Positions 1 to 12,194 of a stretch of DNA of 64,000 nt are shown piece by piece. The notes under the pieces are model-generated. The model had not been told where the DNA came from and made no database searches. It worked only from the letters and a program-made list of their open reading frames with translations. Source of the DNA: Chrysomallon squamiferum (taxonomy: Eukaryota > Animalia > Mollusca); contig CM022675.1 in the NCBI GenBank assembly GCA_012295275.1, positions 6,510,001 through 6,574,000 on the forward strand. The letters are read 5' to 3'. A program made the translations under genes and the position numbers. The first letter of the stretch is position 1. Each line of letters begins with the position of its first letter.

Positions 1-71
1 CCCAGAGCCAGTTTGTAATGATCCTTATCATAGAGAACATTCATCAAATCAGCGTAGAATGGATGGATGTC
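1..71 (-). CDS. GTPBP4: Nucleolar GTP-binding protein 1 (NOG1), coding exon 3 (partial, runs off the window)
   Basis: Acceptor TTTTCAAAG at 73-72, then [24 protein letters not shown], which continues the NOG1 sequence directly. Confidence 0.95.
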
Positions 72-508
72 CTTTGAAAATATAATAAATAAATAAAAAT
101 AATTAAATCAAAACAAACAATTAAAAAAAACAAAAAAAATGTATGCAAGAAGACTACTATCAAACTAAGCTAATAATTATTACAAATTTGAATGACAAAA
201 GTGTAAAGGTAAATTATATATTACGATAAAGTTCATATTAAGTTCAATAATATTCACAAATAACTTTTAAACTTAAGCAGAATTGTCAGACTATTACTTG
301 AATTATAACATGTCTATTATTTATCTACATAATTAATTATTAATCATAAATAATAATAAATCTGATGCTTTTATGACACATTCCATAAAATTACTGTTAT
401 TACAGGTGTCTGTTTAGAAACAGGCTGATGGAAATGTTTCTAACAAATGAGAATAAAATAAAATAGTAGTATAAGTAATAAATAATAACAATAAAAAAAA
501 GTGTTCAC

Positions 509-679
509 CTCAAGTTTAGGAAAATCTGTCAGAATCTGTGAGAGTTTATCATGGAAAGTCTGCTGAGCAAACTTGATTTTTCTCATATAGAAGCTACGTA
601 TTCGTGAAATTTTGTAATGTTTGTGAACAACTGTAGGAGTTTTCCTCTGTGTTCTTGACAGTACAATGTCCACAAAGTC
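509..679 (-). CDS. GTPBP4: Nucleolar GTP-binding protein 1 (NOG1), coding exon 2
   Basis: Lies inside ORF 440..736: [57 protein letters not shown], the NOG1 N-terminal helical domain signature. Acceptor TTTTATTTTCAG at 681-680, donor GAG|GTGAAC at 508. 171 nt, in phase with exons 1 and 3. Confidence 0.96.
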
Positions 680-1206
680 CTGAAAATAAAAACGAAATTT
701 TATTATTATATTTATTATTTTTAATAAACAACACATTTAACATTCTTTACTTATGGTTACATGGTACCTTATGTAATTATGCTTCAGTCCATATGAAATA
801 ATAAAGATACCAACAGAATGAAAGATTACGATTTGGAAAAATGTATTTTAAATTTTTTTTTAATTACTTGTGAATAAAATTATAAATTGATAGCATGATA
901 AATATATTATATAACATTATAAATATAATTCTCCTCCAAAACATGAAAAGATATATAGTGTCATTTATTAATGTAACAGTTGTCGGTTGGTTGTAACTCG
1001 AAATAATCAGTATTGATCCTAATACACATCGTGACAGCCTAAATGTAACAGTAAGTCACAAACAGACCGAACAACGAGAGCAGTCAATCAATCTGTCTCC
1101 GACTCTCCAAAAACGAATACGAGACTCACAAATCTCTGGTTACACTACTTTCTCATATTATCATAATTAACCTGGATTATAGTAACCATATATACATAAA
1201 ACAAAC

Positions 1207-1254
1207 CTTAGAAGGTGGAACCACCGTTATCTTTTTAAAATTATAGTTAGACAT
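1207..1254 (-). CDS. GTPBP4: Nucleolar GTP-binding protein 1 (NOG1), coding exon 1
   Basis: Manual translation MSNYNFKKITVVPPSK matches the conserved NOG1 N-terminus as I recall it (human MAHYNFKKITVVPSAK). ATG at 1254-1252, 48 nt, phase-0 donor AAG|GTTTGT at 1206. Confidence 0.95.
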
Positions 1255-1340
1255 CTTGCAAAATAGCTGGATATTGTGCTCACGTGTTGTCTTAATTATC
1301 TTTCCGTTTCCATTTTTAGAACTTCCGGCGGAAATATGTT
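1255..1340 (-). promoter_or_regulatory. GTPBP4 proximal promoter/5'UTR with E-box and ETS site
   Basis: CACGTG at 1281-1286, 26 nt upstream of the ATG, and CCGGAAGT (minus strand) at 1321-1328. A second CACGTG is at 1732-1737. TSS-proximal Myc E-boxes are typical of ribosome-biogenesis genes. The TSS itself cannot be located. Confidence 0.6.
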
Positions 1341-1527
1341 TGTATCAGTTAAGGTATCCAATGCTGTAAAGAGCATCACATTTTAAAGCCGTTTCCCATT
1401 ATTTTATTTTATTTTATTTTATTTTATTTTAAAATTATTCTTTACACATTCTACATTATTTGGATTGACATCTAGTTACAGACTCTTCGAACCGTTAAAG
1501 TGTATTTATTTACACTGGAAAGAATAA

Positions 1528-1595
<68 letters not shown>

Positions 1596-1972
1596 TAATA
1601 AAATTTCCCATGTTATTATGATAATGTTTTAATGATTCCAGGGGATAAGTTTTTACTAGTACAAATCCAGTGCAATAAAAGGAGACTGACATTTTCTCTT
1701 TTGAAAAAAGAAATGAAAATAGAGAAAATGTCACGTGTTATCAGCTAGATATAAACAGTTACAATCATTTTAACATCATAATGGTATCAAAATTTCTAGT
1801 GAACAACATCACATGCATACATATAAACATACATGCATATTACATACATACATACACTGTAATTTAATATTTATTTTTATTAACAAAACCCTCTCTAGCC
1901 AGTGATAAAATACATCATACATCATACATGCATACATAAATGCACGTATATCAAAATAATTTATAAAATACA

Positions 1973-2038
<66 letters not shown>

Positions 2039-3581
2039 CAGGGTAACAGAAGATAATGTTCTTAATGAAACTAAATAATTTTAAAAGGCAATGAAACACA
2101 AATAATAGCTAGTTATGCTTCGTAACTGAAAAAAAAAGGGATAAAATAATAAATTCACATTTTCGTTGGTTAGATACATATATAATTACATAAATATACG
2201 TAAAGATGATTTAATTATTAAATAAATAAAGTTCTTGACCGTTTTAAGGTTTATAACAGAAAAGAAAAGAAAGGACAACTAATATTTCTTTGAGCATTTC
2301 TGGATTACATTTACTATATGTAATATTAACTCGATGTTTCATTAATGGCCGTTATTGCGACTGAAACAAATCACCAAAGACTGAGTCTATAAATATACCC
2401 ATTCCTGATGGATTGTTACATGGTTTTCTGTCACGTTCCAAATCCCAATTTCCATTAATGTGTTTACTTATTGTACATGGCGCTACTGACAGTTTGCATC
2501 AAATAAACAGTCTGTGCAGGTTTATATGTACTGTATTACGCAAAACAGAAATGAAATTTCGCGTACAATAATTACATTGAAAATAATTACATTAGTTGTT
2601 AGTGAGTTTGATGTCATTTTTATGTCTCATTTCGTAGTATCGAATGAAAAAAAAAAAAGAAGACGAATAAAACAGGGATATAAAAGATTGTTTATGTATA
2701 AGAAAAGTTTACTGAAATTAGGACGTTATGTAAACGACGGAGAATATGTACACAAGTATTCCGAAACATTCGCGAGAGAGAGACCATCAGCTAAATTCAT
2801 AATCATGTTTATTCGTCTGTTCAACAAAGTTTTAAAAATACGATATGTAGTTCATATAATTATTTATTAGTATTCAATATTTACTGAAAAAAAAAAAAGT
2901 GTCATAAAAAAATCAACATTATTAACTCTTGAGGAAATAAATATTTATCTCCCTTTACTCTGACCTCTTCATGCTTTATTGTTTTTTCGTTGTGGGTCTT
3001 TTACATAGAATGTGTTTTAGCTGACAGTGCACAGTGTTTATTAAAGGATAATTTATCAAGACAACGGGACAGATTACAGAAACTAATTTTATAAAGTTGC
3101 ATAGTTGTAAATGGACTTTCTCAGTTTTCGTTCGGCTGCAAATTCGTAATGTCTAAGCCGGCAGCAAGTTTTTTTTCGCCAATCGTAAATCCGAGGAGGG
3201 GAATAACCAGGGACTCCAAGTGAAATCCTTTGGGGCCCCGAGGCAGGCAAAGATTTTTCTCATTATTTAGGATTTTATGTAACTCAACATGTAAACTCTC
3301 ATAAATGATTTAATTCTATGATCAGATATAAAATGCTGAGGGCAGTAGAAAGTGCTTGTTCTCGAAGGGATGGATGTTGCTGTTTGCCTTTCTTAGCTCT
3401 TGGGTCCCAGAACAAAGTACCGCCTAGATCCCCCCGTCTCATATGCACTTCGAATATCCATTGCAGAATATTCTATAACCGTATTGTCTATAAATATTAT
3501 TATTATTATTATTATTATTTTATTATTTTATTGCAAACATCGTAATAGAAAATATTAGAAATTTTTATTTATTTATTTATT

Positions 3582-3626
<45 letters not shown>

Positions 3627-4534
3627 TGTTTTAATTTTTAATTTTATTAATTTTTAATTTTTTAGCTATTTGTGTGTCCGTGAATATATTTTCGTTTTTC
3701 ACTGCCATTATATTAAACTTCATTTAGTTTTTGTATTATTTAGGATTACAGGAGAAAAGAAATAGCTGTTTATATTTTTAAGAAATCAGTTTTATTCTGC
3801 TTTGACTTATCGAATGGGCCGATAAGCTCGGCAAAGCCTCGCTGAAAATCAGCATTCTCACCATTATGAAGAAACTGATACCATAAGACAATAATCAATT
3901 ATGAACTATATGTATATAAATTAAATAATTCTTTAAATTCTTTATTAATTTATTTAATTTTTGCCATGATTTAATGTTAGTGGCTGATCGATATATATAC
4001 TTTCACGAACCCTTTTAATCATTTTATTTCTGGTCATCTTAGCTTTTTAAAAAAAAAAAAATTAATACTAAAAGCTATTTAAAGCATATACTAATAGCGT
4101 GTTGTCTAATGGAACACTGAGCAGTGATGTCTTCGTTAACAAACATGAGCACGACACTTTGGGTAATGTTATTTAGACGTTGGTAATATTTCTGATTATG
4201 TGGAGGCCTTTTTTTTTCAATTTTTCAGTCTTATGTAATTTTAAGGTTTGACATTTTCCATTTATTTCTGAAACTGAGGGAAAGATTAATATGATTTTCA
4301 AATATAGTCGAAGCGTAATATTTCCCTCCCTTGTAATGAAACTCGTTTCGTGTTAAAAGTTATAACGTTACGATGATGGCACGCCGCCATTTTTATTATT
4401 ATTATTTTTTTTTTTTTTCGAGGTCATGGGAATAACTGTTGTTGTTGTTCTTCTGTAAATTGTCGTCTGCTTGTACTGGAAAGTTATTAAGTTATTTAGG
4501 GATAACAGTCTGTTTCATTTTTTTTTTTTTTCTT

Positions 4535-4579
<45 letters not shown>

Positions 4580-4977
4580 TAATAATGTATAAAAAAAAAA
4601 TCATTATTAAAGCGGACGTACAAAAATCATAAAGTTTTGTTTTATAATCCTCATCCCTCCCTATCTAAAGAAACAGCTTGATGGAAATAAGCTTCAGTCT
4701 CAGAATGAAAGTAATTACGTCATATCGTAACTGTTGAATTCTATTACGTTGAAATAGAATGTTTTTGTCTGAATATAGCCACTTAATGTATTAATTAGAT
4801 GTAAACTTTTGTTTTCATGACGCAATCTGAACGTATTAATTACGTTTCTATAACTGACTAGCGTATTTCAAATGTTTTGTGATTGAAACACACACATGAA
4901 ATTAGAACATGAAGGTTAGTATTTTATTTGTTTTTGGTGATTTTTATTTATTTATTTATTGGTTCATTGATTGATTG

Positions 4978-5187
4978 ATTTATAATTGTTGTTGTTTTTA
5001 CTATTTACTTATTTATTTATTACTTTATAATTGTTGTTCTTACTATTTATTTATTTATTTACAATTGTTGTTGTTCTTACTATTTATTTATTTATTTATA
5101 ATTGTTGTTGTTCTTGCTATTTATTTATTTATTTATTTATTTATTTATAATTGTTGTTGTTCTTACTATTTATTTATTTATTTACAG
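4978..5187. repeat. Compound minisatellite, ~5 units of TTATAATTGTTGTTGTTCTTACTA+(TTTA)n
   Basis: Direct reading. Unit length varies with the number of TTTA copies. Confidence 0.85.
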
Positions 5188-5836
5188 TAGATTCCTTAGC
5201 TTAAAGCGATGCTGGAATAGTATCACAATCCAAATAATGTCTGAACTTAATAATATTAATAACACAATTCAGAACACGAAAAAATAGACTAAACAAAAGA
5301 CAATAATTAGTATCGACAAACTGATAAGAATAATCCTATAAGTAATAACATTAGTTAAAATAAGCTCTTTTAAAAAATAAGTTCAATATCCGGATCCACA
5401 GAAAACTTCTGTGACTGCACTGACGTAACAACAGGCTAGCTAGACGCTTATTTATGGCTGCTCATGTTTTTCTTGTTTTTTTTATTTTTTGTTTTGTTTT
5501 GATTCTTTCTTAATTAAAAATTTTCATTGTAGTTGTTCATTCCGTACAAGTTGTGATGTCTGCTCAGTGTTTTCCTTTTTCTTTTTTTGTTCCTTTTAAT
5601 TAGACATAGTTATTTTCAACTTTAAGAAACAGTATTTGTGAAAGGTGACTATTTTCGTAAGCGAAATTTAATTTCTTTTTTTTACACTGAATGTAGGTCA
5701 GTCTCTTTCACAGACTAATTTAATTACCACGTGGGAAGGCTGTAATGACTTAATTTTGAGACGCAGACTTTCAGTGAAATCAGGAAGTCTGTTTATTCAG
5801 TTTGTGCATATAAAAATAAAGAGTATATATATATAT

Positions 5837-5931
<95 letters not shown>

Positions 5932-6070
5932 ATGCCTTTTCTTTCGCATTTTTCTCTTTTACTGTGTTTCTCTTTTTTGTTCTCCTTTTCAGATTCTTTC
6001 TCTTACTTCATTGCTGTTTGTCTCATTATCTCTCTCCTTCTGTCTATCCTTTTGTTTCTCCATCTATCTC

Positions 6071-6153
<83 letters not shown>

Positions 6154-8084
6154 GTGTGTGTTTGTGAATATATATTTATCTATGTATATGTATATATAGT
6201 TCTCTGTGTCACACAGAACAGCTGAACAGTTCTCTGTGTCAAAACAGTTGCAAAACCAAATTACAGAATAACAACAAACAAGACCCAGAGGTTGAAGAAA
6301 AATATATTAAGTCGCAAACATTCACAAAGTAGAAAAGAAACAAACCTTCATATCACTAAGACGTAAACAAATTGGTTTTTTAATTTATTTTTTTAATAAA
6401 AAACAAACAAAACAAAACAAAACTCTTGTCTCCATTCAAACGACAAAAGTACCATCCTTTCCTCCTTTTCAAAACATGCTATTAATTGTATCTGCTATTC
6501 ACTAAATATATCTTTGTCCCTGATTTTTACATACATACTATATCAATATGAAATATATATTTGTCCCTGATTTTTATATACATATACACACACATCCATA
6601 CATATATCAATATGCATGTATATATATATATATATATATATATTTGTCCATAATCACAAGAGCTTACTCGCGCACAAAATCATTTGTATTTTCGACCATC
6701 CATGAAAAGGCTTCAACAATTTTGCGCCGATTTTCATCACAGACAATATATTTACAACTAACAGACGTTCAGTCAATTCTCCGACACACATATGTGTATA
6801 TGTATGCATGTATATAAGAATAAAAATGTCTTGAAGATTCAAACAAGAATATTTCAGCTCCGTAAAGGCTTCATAAGGCTTTCGTTTTCCGGCTTTTTCC
6901 GTGAATTTGAAATAAAATCTTCCAACTGGTTACTGAATTAAATCATACTGAAGATTAGTTTTTTTTTTCTTGTTGTCTACACAAACAACGTTTTAAAGTC
7001 ACATGTTCTATTTGTTTAAATCTTCGGAATATTTCGACATTTTTGCTAGTTTTGTTCTATTAATGCATTTACGAAAAAGTACGAAAGATCCCGAGTATCT
7101 ACGAAACTATTATTATCAGTGCACTTACTAATGAAAAGGTATTTTTCCAAAAAATACAAACAAAAGTTGAAAAACAAAAACAAGACGATATACAGATGCA
7201 GGCACGCATGCGCTCACGTACAGAAACCCGCTGATGTTTGTAAATAAAACAAATAGCATATAATCAGTGCTGTTAGCTTTAAGAGACAAATTTTGATTTC
7301 ACTGAAATTTTTCTCGTTATAAATTGGCTTATTTAACAGCTACTTTCTTTCGTAATAGCTTCTCCAATTTTTTTTTCTCATAATCATAATCATTACAGGT
7401 ACAACATAAAGCATAATGGCAGCATCCATGACATTTTCTTTATTTATCTGCGAAGTGGTTGTTGTGTTGTTTAGACAGTTTCACCATAGACAGACTAATT
7501 AAAACTTTACCAATTTGTAAAATAAATTAAAAAATACATATCTGATTTATTTTCCAGAGTTCCAGTCGTCAGTGTATGCATTATTTATTTATTTATTTTA
7601 TTATTATTATTATGATTATGATTATGATTATTATTATTTTATTATTATTATTATTATAATCATCATCATCACCATTATTGTTTTTATTATTATTATTATT
7701 ATTGTAGTCGTTTATCCCACAAATACTCGCATTATCATCAAGCAGACAGACATACAGACATACAATCTGTCAGACGTACACATACACTGATTTACACTGC
7801 AGTCTGAAATGAAGTATTTAAGTCGAAATAAGAAGTAATTATGAAACTTCTGACAACGACGAATTTTCAGATTCCAAGAGATACAATCATGTGTTTTTGA
7901 GAGAAACGAACGTGTTCAGAAGTAAGTGCACTTTGACCTTTGACATTTCGGAGATACCCGGATTTTATTTTATCAGAAATCAATAAAAATAACCAGTCAT
8001 AGAAGGGTAACCAGTCAACATCGTAATGATAATCAGCTGACACTGGTGGATCGCCGTAAAGAACAGCAATATCACATTCAAGAG

Positions 8085-8540
8085 CAGCTAGATTCCTTTT
8101 AATATCTGCTGAATCACCAATATCAAACAACCGTTCGATTCATTTTTAAACTGCCGGATCCCCTTTAAAAAAAAACGGCTAGAATTTCTTTTAAAACGTT
8201 GTCTGTTTTTTAATATTGGATGAAAACTCTATAACAACCACTAGATTTCCTTTCAGGAGGCTAGTTTCTCTTAGTAATCCTGGGTAGTCTTCATGGACGC
8301 CAGATTTCCTTTGAGAAAGCTAGTTCCTCGCTGGAATACGCTATATTGTTTCAACAGTGGCTTGATTTTCTTTCAGCAGACTAGTTTCCCATAGTACCCC
8401 TGGGTACTCTTCAAGAACGGTGTATTTCCTTTGAGCAAATTAGTTCTCTCTGGATAGACTGGAAACCCCTCAAGAACACAAAACTGTTTTTCCTAAAGCT
8501 GGGTTCCTAATAGGATCCAGTGAATACCCTTCAAGTGCCT
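8085..8540. repeat. Highly degenerate ~20-bp minisatellite with a 120-bp higher-order period, downstream of the GPCR stop
   Basis: Recurrent (G)CTAG(A)TTTCCTTT(C/G)AG motif at ~20-nt spacing. 8241-8335 aligns with 8361-8454. Confidence 0.75.
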
Positions 8541-8830
8541 CTCTGGTTTTAGCATCCGAACGTCTGACTTAACGAACATGTTATTGCTCGAGAAGAACCA
8601 CACATAACCGTTCTACTATGTTTTATATTACTGGTGTATTGTCAGATGTCAGTAATTAACAAAATATTCCAGAAACTTCCATCTCTGACACGTAACTGTA
8701 TTCTCATTGCATACGTCATCTCTTCTGACACTAACACAATATATTTCTTAAGTGTGAACAACGTACACTAAAAAATCCATATCCCACATTTGTTTTTTAA
8801 TTTGTTTTTTAAATCACATAGTTCAAGGTG

Positions 8831-10000
8831 TCAGATGAAAGTCTCTTTGTTTTTGTTATTGTGGTTCATTTCTTTAGAATCCCGTCTTATAGTCATCGCT
8901 CCGTTCCGAACACTCGGTCGAGTTTGCCGACTGAACAGACCGGGCTGGCAAGGACAGAATATCCGTAAAAACGTCTCTCGGAAAACCTGGCTCAGCAAAC
9001 AGTACAGCAAAAAATTCAGAGCGGAATTTACGGCCAGCAAAGAATCGGTTATCTCCCTTATCCCTTTGGTGAGGTTCCCTTCCTCGGCGTAGCCTTTCCC
9101 GAAGAACGTGGAAATGATGGCGTCGGGCGTGAAGCAGACGACGAAGACGAGGATGATGACGATCAACATCAACGTGATGCGGTTCCTGGAAGAGAGCTTC
9201 TTTCCCTTGACGCGTTCCTTGCGCAGTTCGTTGATGATTCGTGTGTTGAGGTAAATTAACACGAACAGAGGGATAATGCACCTCATGCAGTTCTGAATCC
9301 ACGTGTAAGGAACCATGAAAGCACTGTTGGAGGCTAAGGCCGTGGGGCCTATTTTGTTGCAGAACATGTTGTTGGCGGCGTCGTAGACCGTCTCGACCTT
9401 GTAGCGGAACAGCGACGGCAACGACAGCAGGATCATCGTGACGTAGACGGAGGTGCAGACGATCCTCGCGCGCGGGATCGTACAAAGCTGCTTGGCTTTC
9501 GAGATGTGGCAGACGGAGATGTACCTCTCGACGGCCACGGAAACCGTCAGCCACCCGGTGATGCTCACCGACATGTTGAATATGTAATGAGCCAGCGGGT
9601 AGTACGTGAACATCATCGTTTCGCTGACGCTCGGGTGGTTGATGGACAAGGCCAGGTTGATGAAGTACAAGAGGTCGTTGAAGAGCTTGATCGTGTCGGA
9701 CACCGTCAACGCCGACAGGTAGACGTTCGTTGACGTGGCCATGTCCCTGTGGCTGAAGACAATCAGCGCCAGAACGTTGCCCGTTATCCCAGTGATGCAC
9801 AGTATCGGGTATATGATGAGTCCCGTGACGTACTGAGCCGTGACGTAAAACGTTTCGTAATCCCCGGTCGAGTTGGACATGCACGTTCCGTTACTGGTTT
9901 CCAGCAGGTCCGCGCTCTTTGTGACTCCGCCGCGGGTGAGGTTGTCAAGGGAGACAACCGTTAATCCCACGTTTTCGGTAGCATACGTGGAAATATTCAT
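8831..10000 (-). CDS. Class A (rhodopsin-like) peptide GPCR, FMRFamide-receptor-like / sex-peptide / GPR139-142-like group; single coding exon
   Basis: 389 aa with 7 hydrophobic segments: TM1 GITGN, TM2 STNVYLSALTVSD, TM3 VAVERYISVCH, CTIPRAR, TM5 IP..L..LN..I, TM6 FVVCFTP, TM7 NSALNFLLY (NFxxY instead of NPxxY), helix 8 FRETF, IFCPC. No Cys at the top of TM3. N-glycosylation sequons NIS, NLT, NGT, NST. An in-frame TAA at 10015-10013 fixes the start. Ligand unknown. Confidence 0.95.
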   Translation of the reverse strand: MNISTYATENVGLTVVSLDNLTRGGVTKSADLLETSNGTCMSNSTGDYETFYVTAQYVTGLIIYPILCITGITGNVLALIVFSHRDMATSTNVYLSALTVSDTIKLFNDLLYFINLALSINHPSVSETMMFTYYPLAHYIFNMSVSITGWLTVSVAVERYISVCHISKAKQLCTIPRARIVCTSVYVTMILLSLPSLFRYKVETVYDAANNMFCNKIGPTALASNSAFMVPYTWIQNCMRCIIPLFVLIYLNTRIINELRKERVKGKKLSSRNRITLMLIVIILVFVVCFTPDAIISTFFGKGYAEEGNLTKGIREITDSLLAVNSALNFLLYCLLSQVFRETFLRIFCPCQPGLFSRQTRPSVRNGAMTIRRDSKEMNHNNKNKETFI

Positions 10001-10116
10001 AGTTGTAACGGTTTAAACGACGTCGGCGTCGACAGTATTGTGCATCGTCGTCATCGGCGCAGACAGAACAGCAGTTTGTGTATCCTCATCTTCAGTTGCG
10101 TTTTGAGCGACATTTT
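10001..10116 (-). other. 5' part of the GPCR terminal exon (5'UTR with uORFs)
   Basis: Acceptor (TTTA)nTTTTGTAG with AG at 10118-10117. Composition switches abruptly from AT-rich intron-like sequence to CpG-rich exon-like sequence here. Confidence 0.7.
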
Positions 10117-10124
10117 CTACAAAA

Positions 10125-10163
<39 letters not shown>

Positions 10164-10689
10164 ATAGATAGATAGATAAATATACAAATAGATATATAAT
10201 AATAAAAAATTATATTAAATTTATAAATAAATAAATAAATAAATAATATATAAGAAACAAAGATATTTAGATAATTAAATAATTTAAATTTAAAGACGCA
10301 TTTGAAAAATCTCCAAATTTGAATAAACTTATATCGTCACATCTGAACCCTCTACATCATAACTATAACAATAACAACAACACCATCACCACTATCACCA
10401 ACAACAGCAACACCATCACCGCCACAAACTACAACAACTATTACTACTTTTACTACTACAACAGCAACTACTTGTTGAATTATACGATAAACAGTAGGGG
10501 AAGTCGTAATGGTAGTCGTAGCAGGCGTAGTTGTGGTAGTTTTTGTAGTAGTAGTAGTAATAATAGCGGTATTAGCAGGAGGAGTAATATCTGAAGTAGT
10601 AGTAGTAGTAGCAATAGTAATAGTAAAAGCTGTTGTAGCTGTTGTGATAGTAGTAGTAGTAGAAGAAGCAGCTATGGTGGTGTAGTTAT

Positions 10690-10783
10690 TGTAGTTTCCT
10701 GTATCATTCGACTGATACTTTATACACAGAACCATATAACCGTTGATTAAAATGTGTTACGCATATCTTTAAACAAAACATTT
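10690..10783 (+). mobile_element. Probable SINE 3' tail fragment
   Basis: CCATATAACCGTTGATTAAAATGTGTT...TTAAACAAAACATTT. Reverse-complement-like relatives occur at 721-764 and 24054-24089, which indicates a dispersed repeat. Confidence 0.4.
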
Positions 10784-10828
10784 GTCTTCTTGTTTTTTTA
10801 AAATTTAACAAGTTAAAATAACACTTAC

Positions 10829-10908
10829 GTTAGATCAGTTTAGAAATATTTTAGAACGTTCATGTCATGGTTTGTAGATTTTCCTTCATCAAACACCGGA
10901 ATTTTTCT
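10829..10908 (-). other. Candidate 80-nt non-coding leader exon of the GPCR
   Basis: Acceptor TTTTTTTACTTTCAG (AG at 10910-10909) and donor AC|GTAAGT (GT at 10828-10827), ~710 nt upstream of the terminal exon. No transcript evidence. Confidence 0.55.
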
Positions 10909-12194
10909 CTGAAAGTAAAAAAATACAACGATAATTTTCAACTGGTTAAACATTCACCATATCGTGCTGAATTTTAGAGTATAAAACAATAACGTAGAAA
11001 TAGCAGAAATTCTTTAAGACAAATTAATATTTCCTATAAAAAGATAATGTAAAACGACAATAATAACAGTAGAAATTAAAAAAAAAAAAAAAAAAAACTG
11101 AAGAAAAAAAAGGTAATAATAATAATAATAAATATAATATTGAGAACATTATCTGAAAATATAACTTAAAACAGTCATGTACCGAGTGTAGAATTTCTTA
11201 GAAAAAATGTAAAATTTTCGTAATAAATTTTCACAATAACAAAGAAAATATATAACAAAGAATGCAACATTGAAGAACAAATTTAAACTTTGGAACGTTT
11301 CCTTTGAAAAAAAAAAAAAAACTTACAGCTTTAAAATTATTCCGAAAATCAAAAACGATATAAATTCTATGATTTATTAAAACTGTTTCTCTGAAAACTA
11401 TATCACTGAGGTGAAAAAACATTATAAAATAGCGGAACGTTTTCCTTTTTTTTACAGTTAAAACCCAAAACTTTGTCGTGGAATCTCACAGAATTTTACC
11501 AACCAGTAGAAGACTTAAACACGTAACAGTAACGTAAATCCATCAGAACTTCACCCAACACCCACCATTTAAATAAAATACATACAAAAATAATGACGTA
11601 GGATCGGGAACGTTTCTCTCAGACACCACAACAACACTTACGACAGCAACGCGAAAACAACACAGTGATTTTCATTAGTTTAGTATTGTAACAATAATCA
11701 TAACGTAAAATTTTTTTTTTTTTTCATCAAAACACGCGTCCAGTGTAAATGAACCAATAAAAAAAGCGTGATAATAAAAGCAGTTGTACGAATCGACTAT
11801 TACCGAAAGCAATAACCTATATTAATATCAGTTTGACGACCCAGCCTCGGTATGAGAAGTTCGATAACAATTCGCCATTTTCATTCTGTTTTGCGAGTCG
11901 TTTTACGATAATGGCCTATGGTTTTTCAAAGCGTTCGGCTGATGAAAACATCTCAAATCACGATTTTGGAAACGTTTGAAATTTGGTTTACTGAAGTAGT
12001 GATTATTTGTAACTGTTCCAGTCAAAGCATTTGAAAATGGCTTATGGAGATATTAAGATATGTTTTATTAAACTTTTTGAAAATATGTCATAAACGTTTT
12101 GAAAATATTTCTATTAACCCAAATAATAACATACTCCCTGCAGCTAATACAAAATATAGAGATATTCTACTAGTGATATTAGATTCGAAAAAGA

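Noticed and set aside
72-1206. Intronic snoRNAs in GTPBP4 introns
   Set aside because: Plausible for this gene class, but I found no properly placed C box (RTGATGA) and D box pair on the minus strand. H/ACA types cannot be judged by eye and need an Infernal/Rfam search.
3200-3450. GC-richer patch with GGGGCCCC/GGGTCCC motifs, possible MITE remnant
   Set aside because: No TIR pair or TSD could be defined.
6504-6580. Short direct duplications (also 6198-6248, 32955-33060, 46245-46333, 62366-62437)
   Set aside because: Ordinary slippage products with no further structure.
7867-8130. 87-aa minus-strand ORF downstream of the GPCR
   Set aside because: Non-ATG start, no recognisable homology, and it overlaps the degenerate 20-bp repeat in the probable 3'UTR.
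8874-9884. 336-aa alternative-frame ORF overlapping the GPCR (dual coding?)
   Set aside because: It starts at GTG with no internal Met. Its codons begin at the GPCR third positions, so the high GC3 suppresses stops. The His/Arg-rich composition is typical of a shadow frame.
8790-9964. Plus-strand ORFs antisense to the GPCR (8790..9092, 9506..9733, 9749..9964)
   Set aside because: Short antisense shadows of a GC-rich CDS with no recognisable domains.
11321-11641. Additional minus-strand GTAAGT donor-like sites (11321-11326, 11636-11641)
   Set aside because: No matching acceptor or exon could be supported without transcript data.
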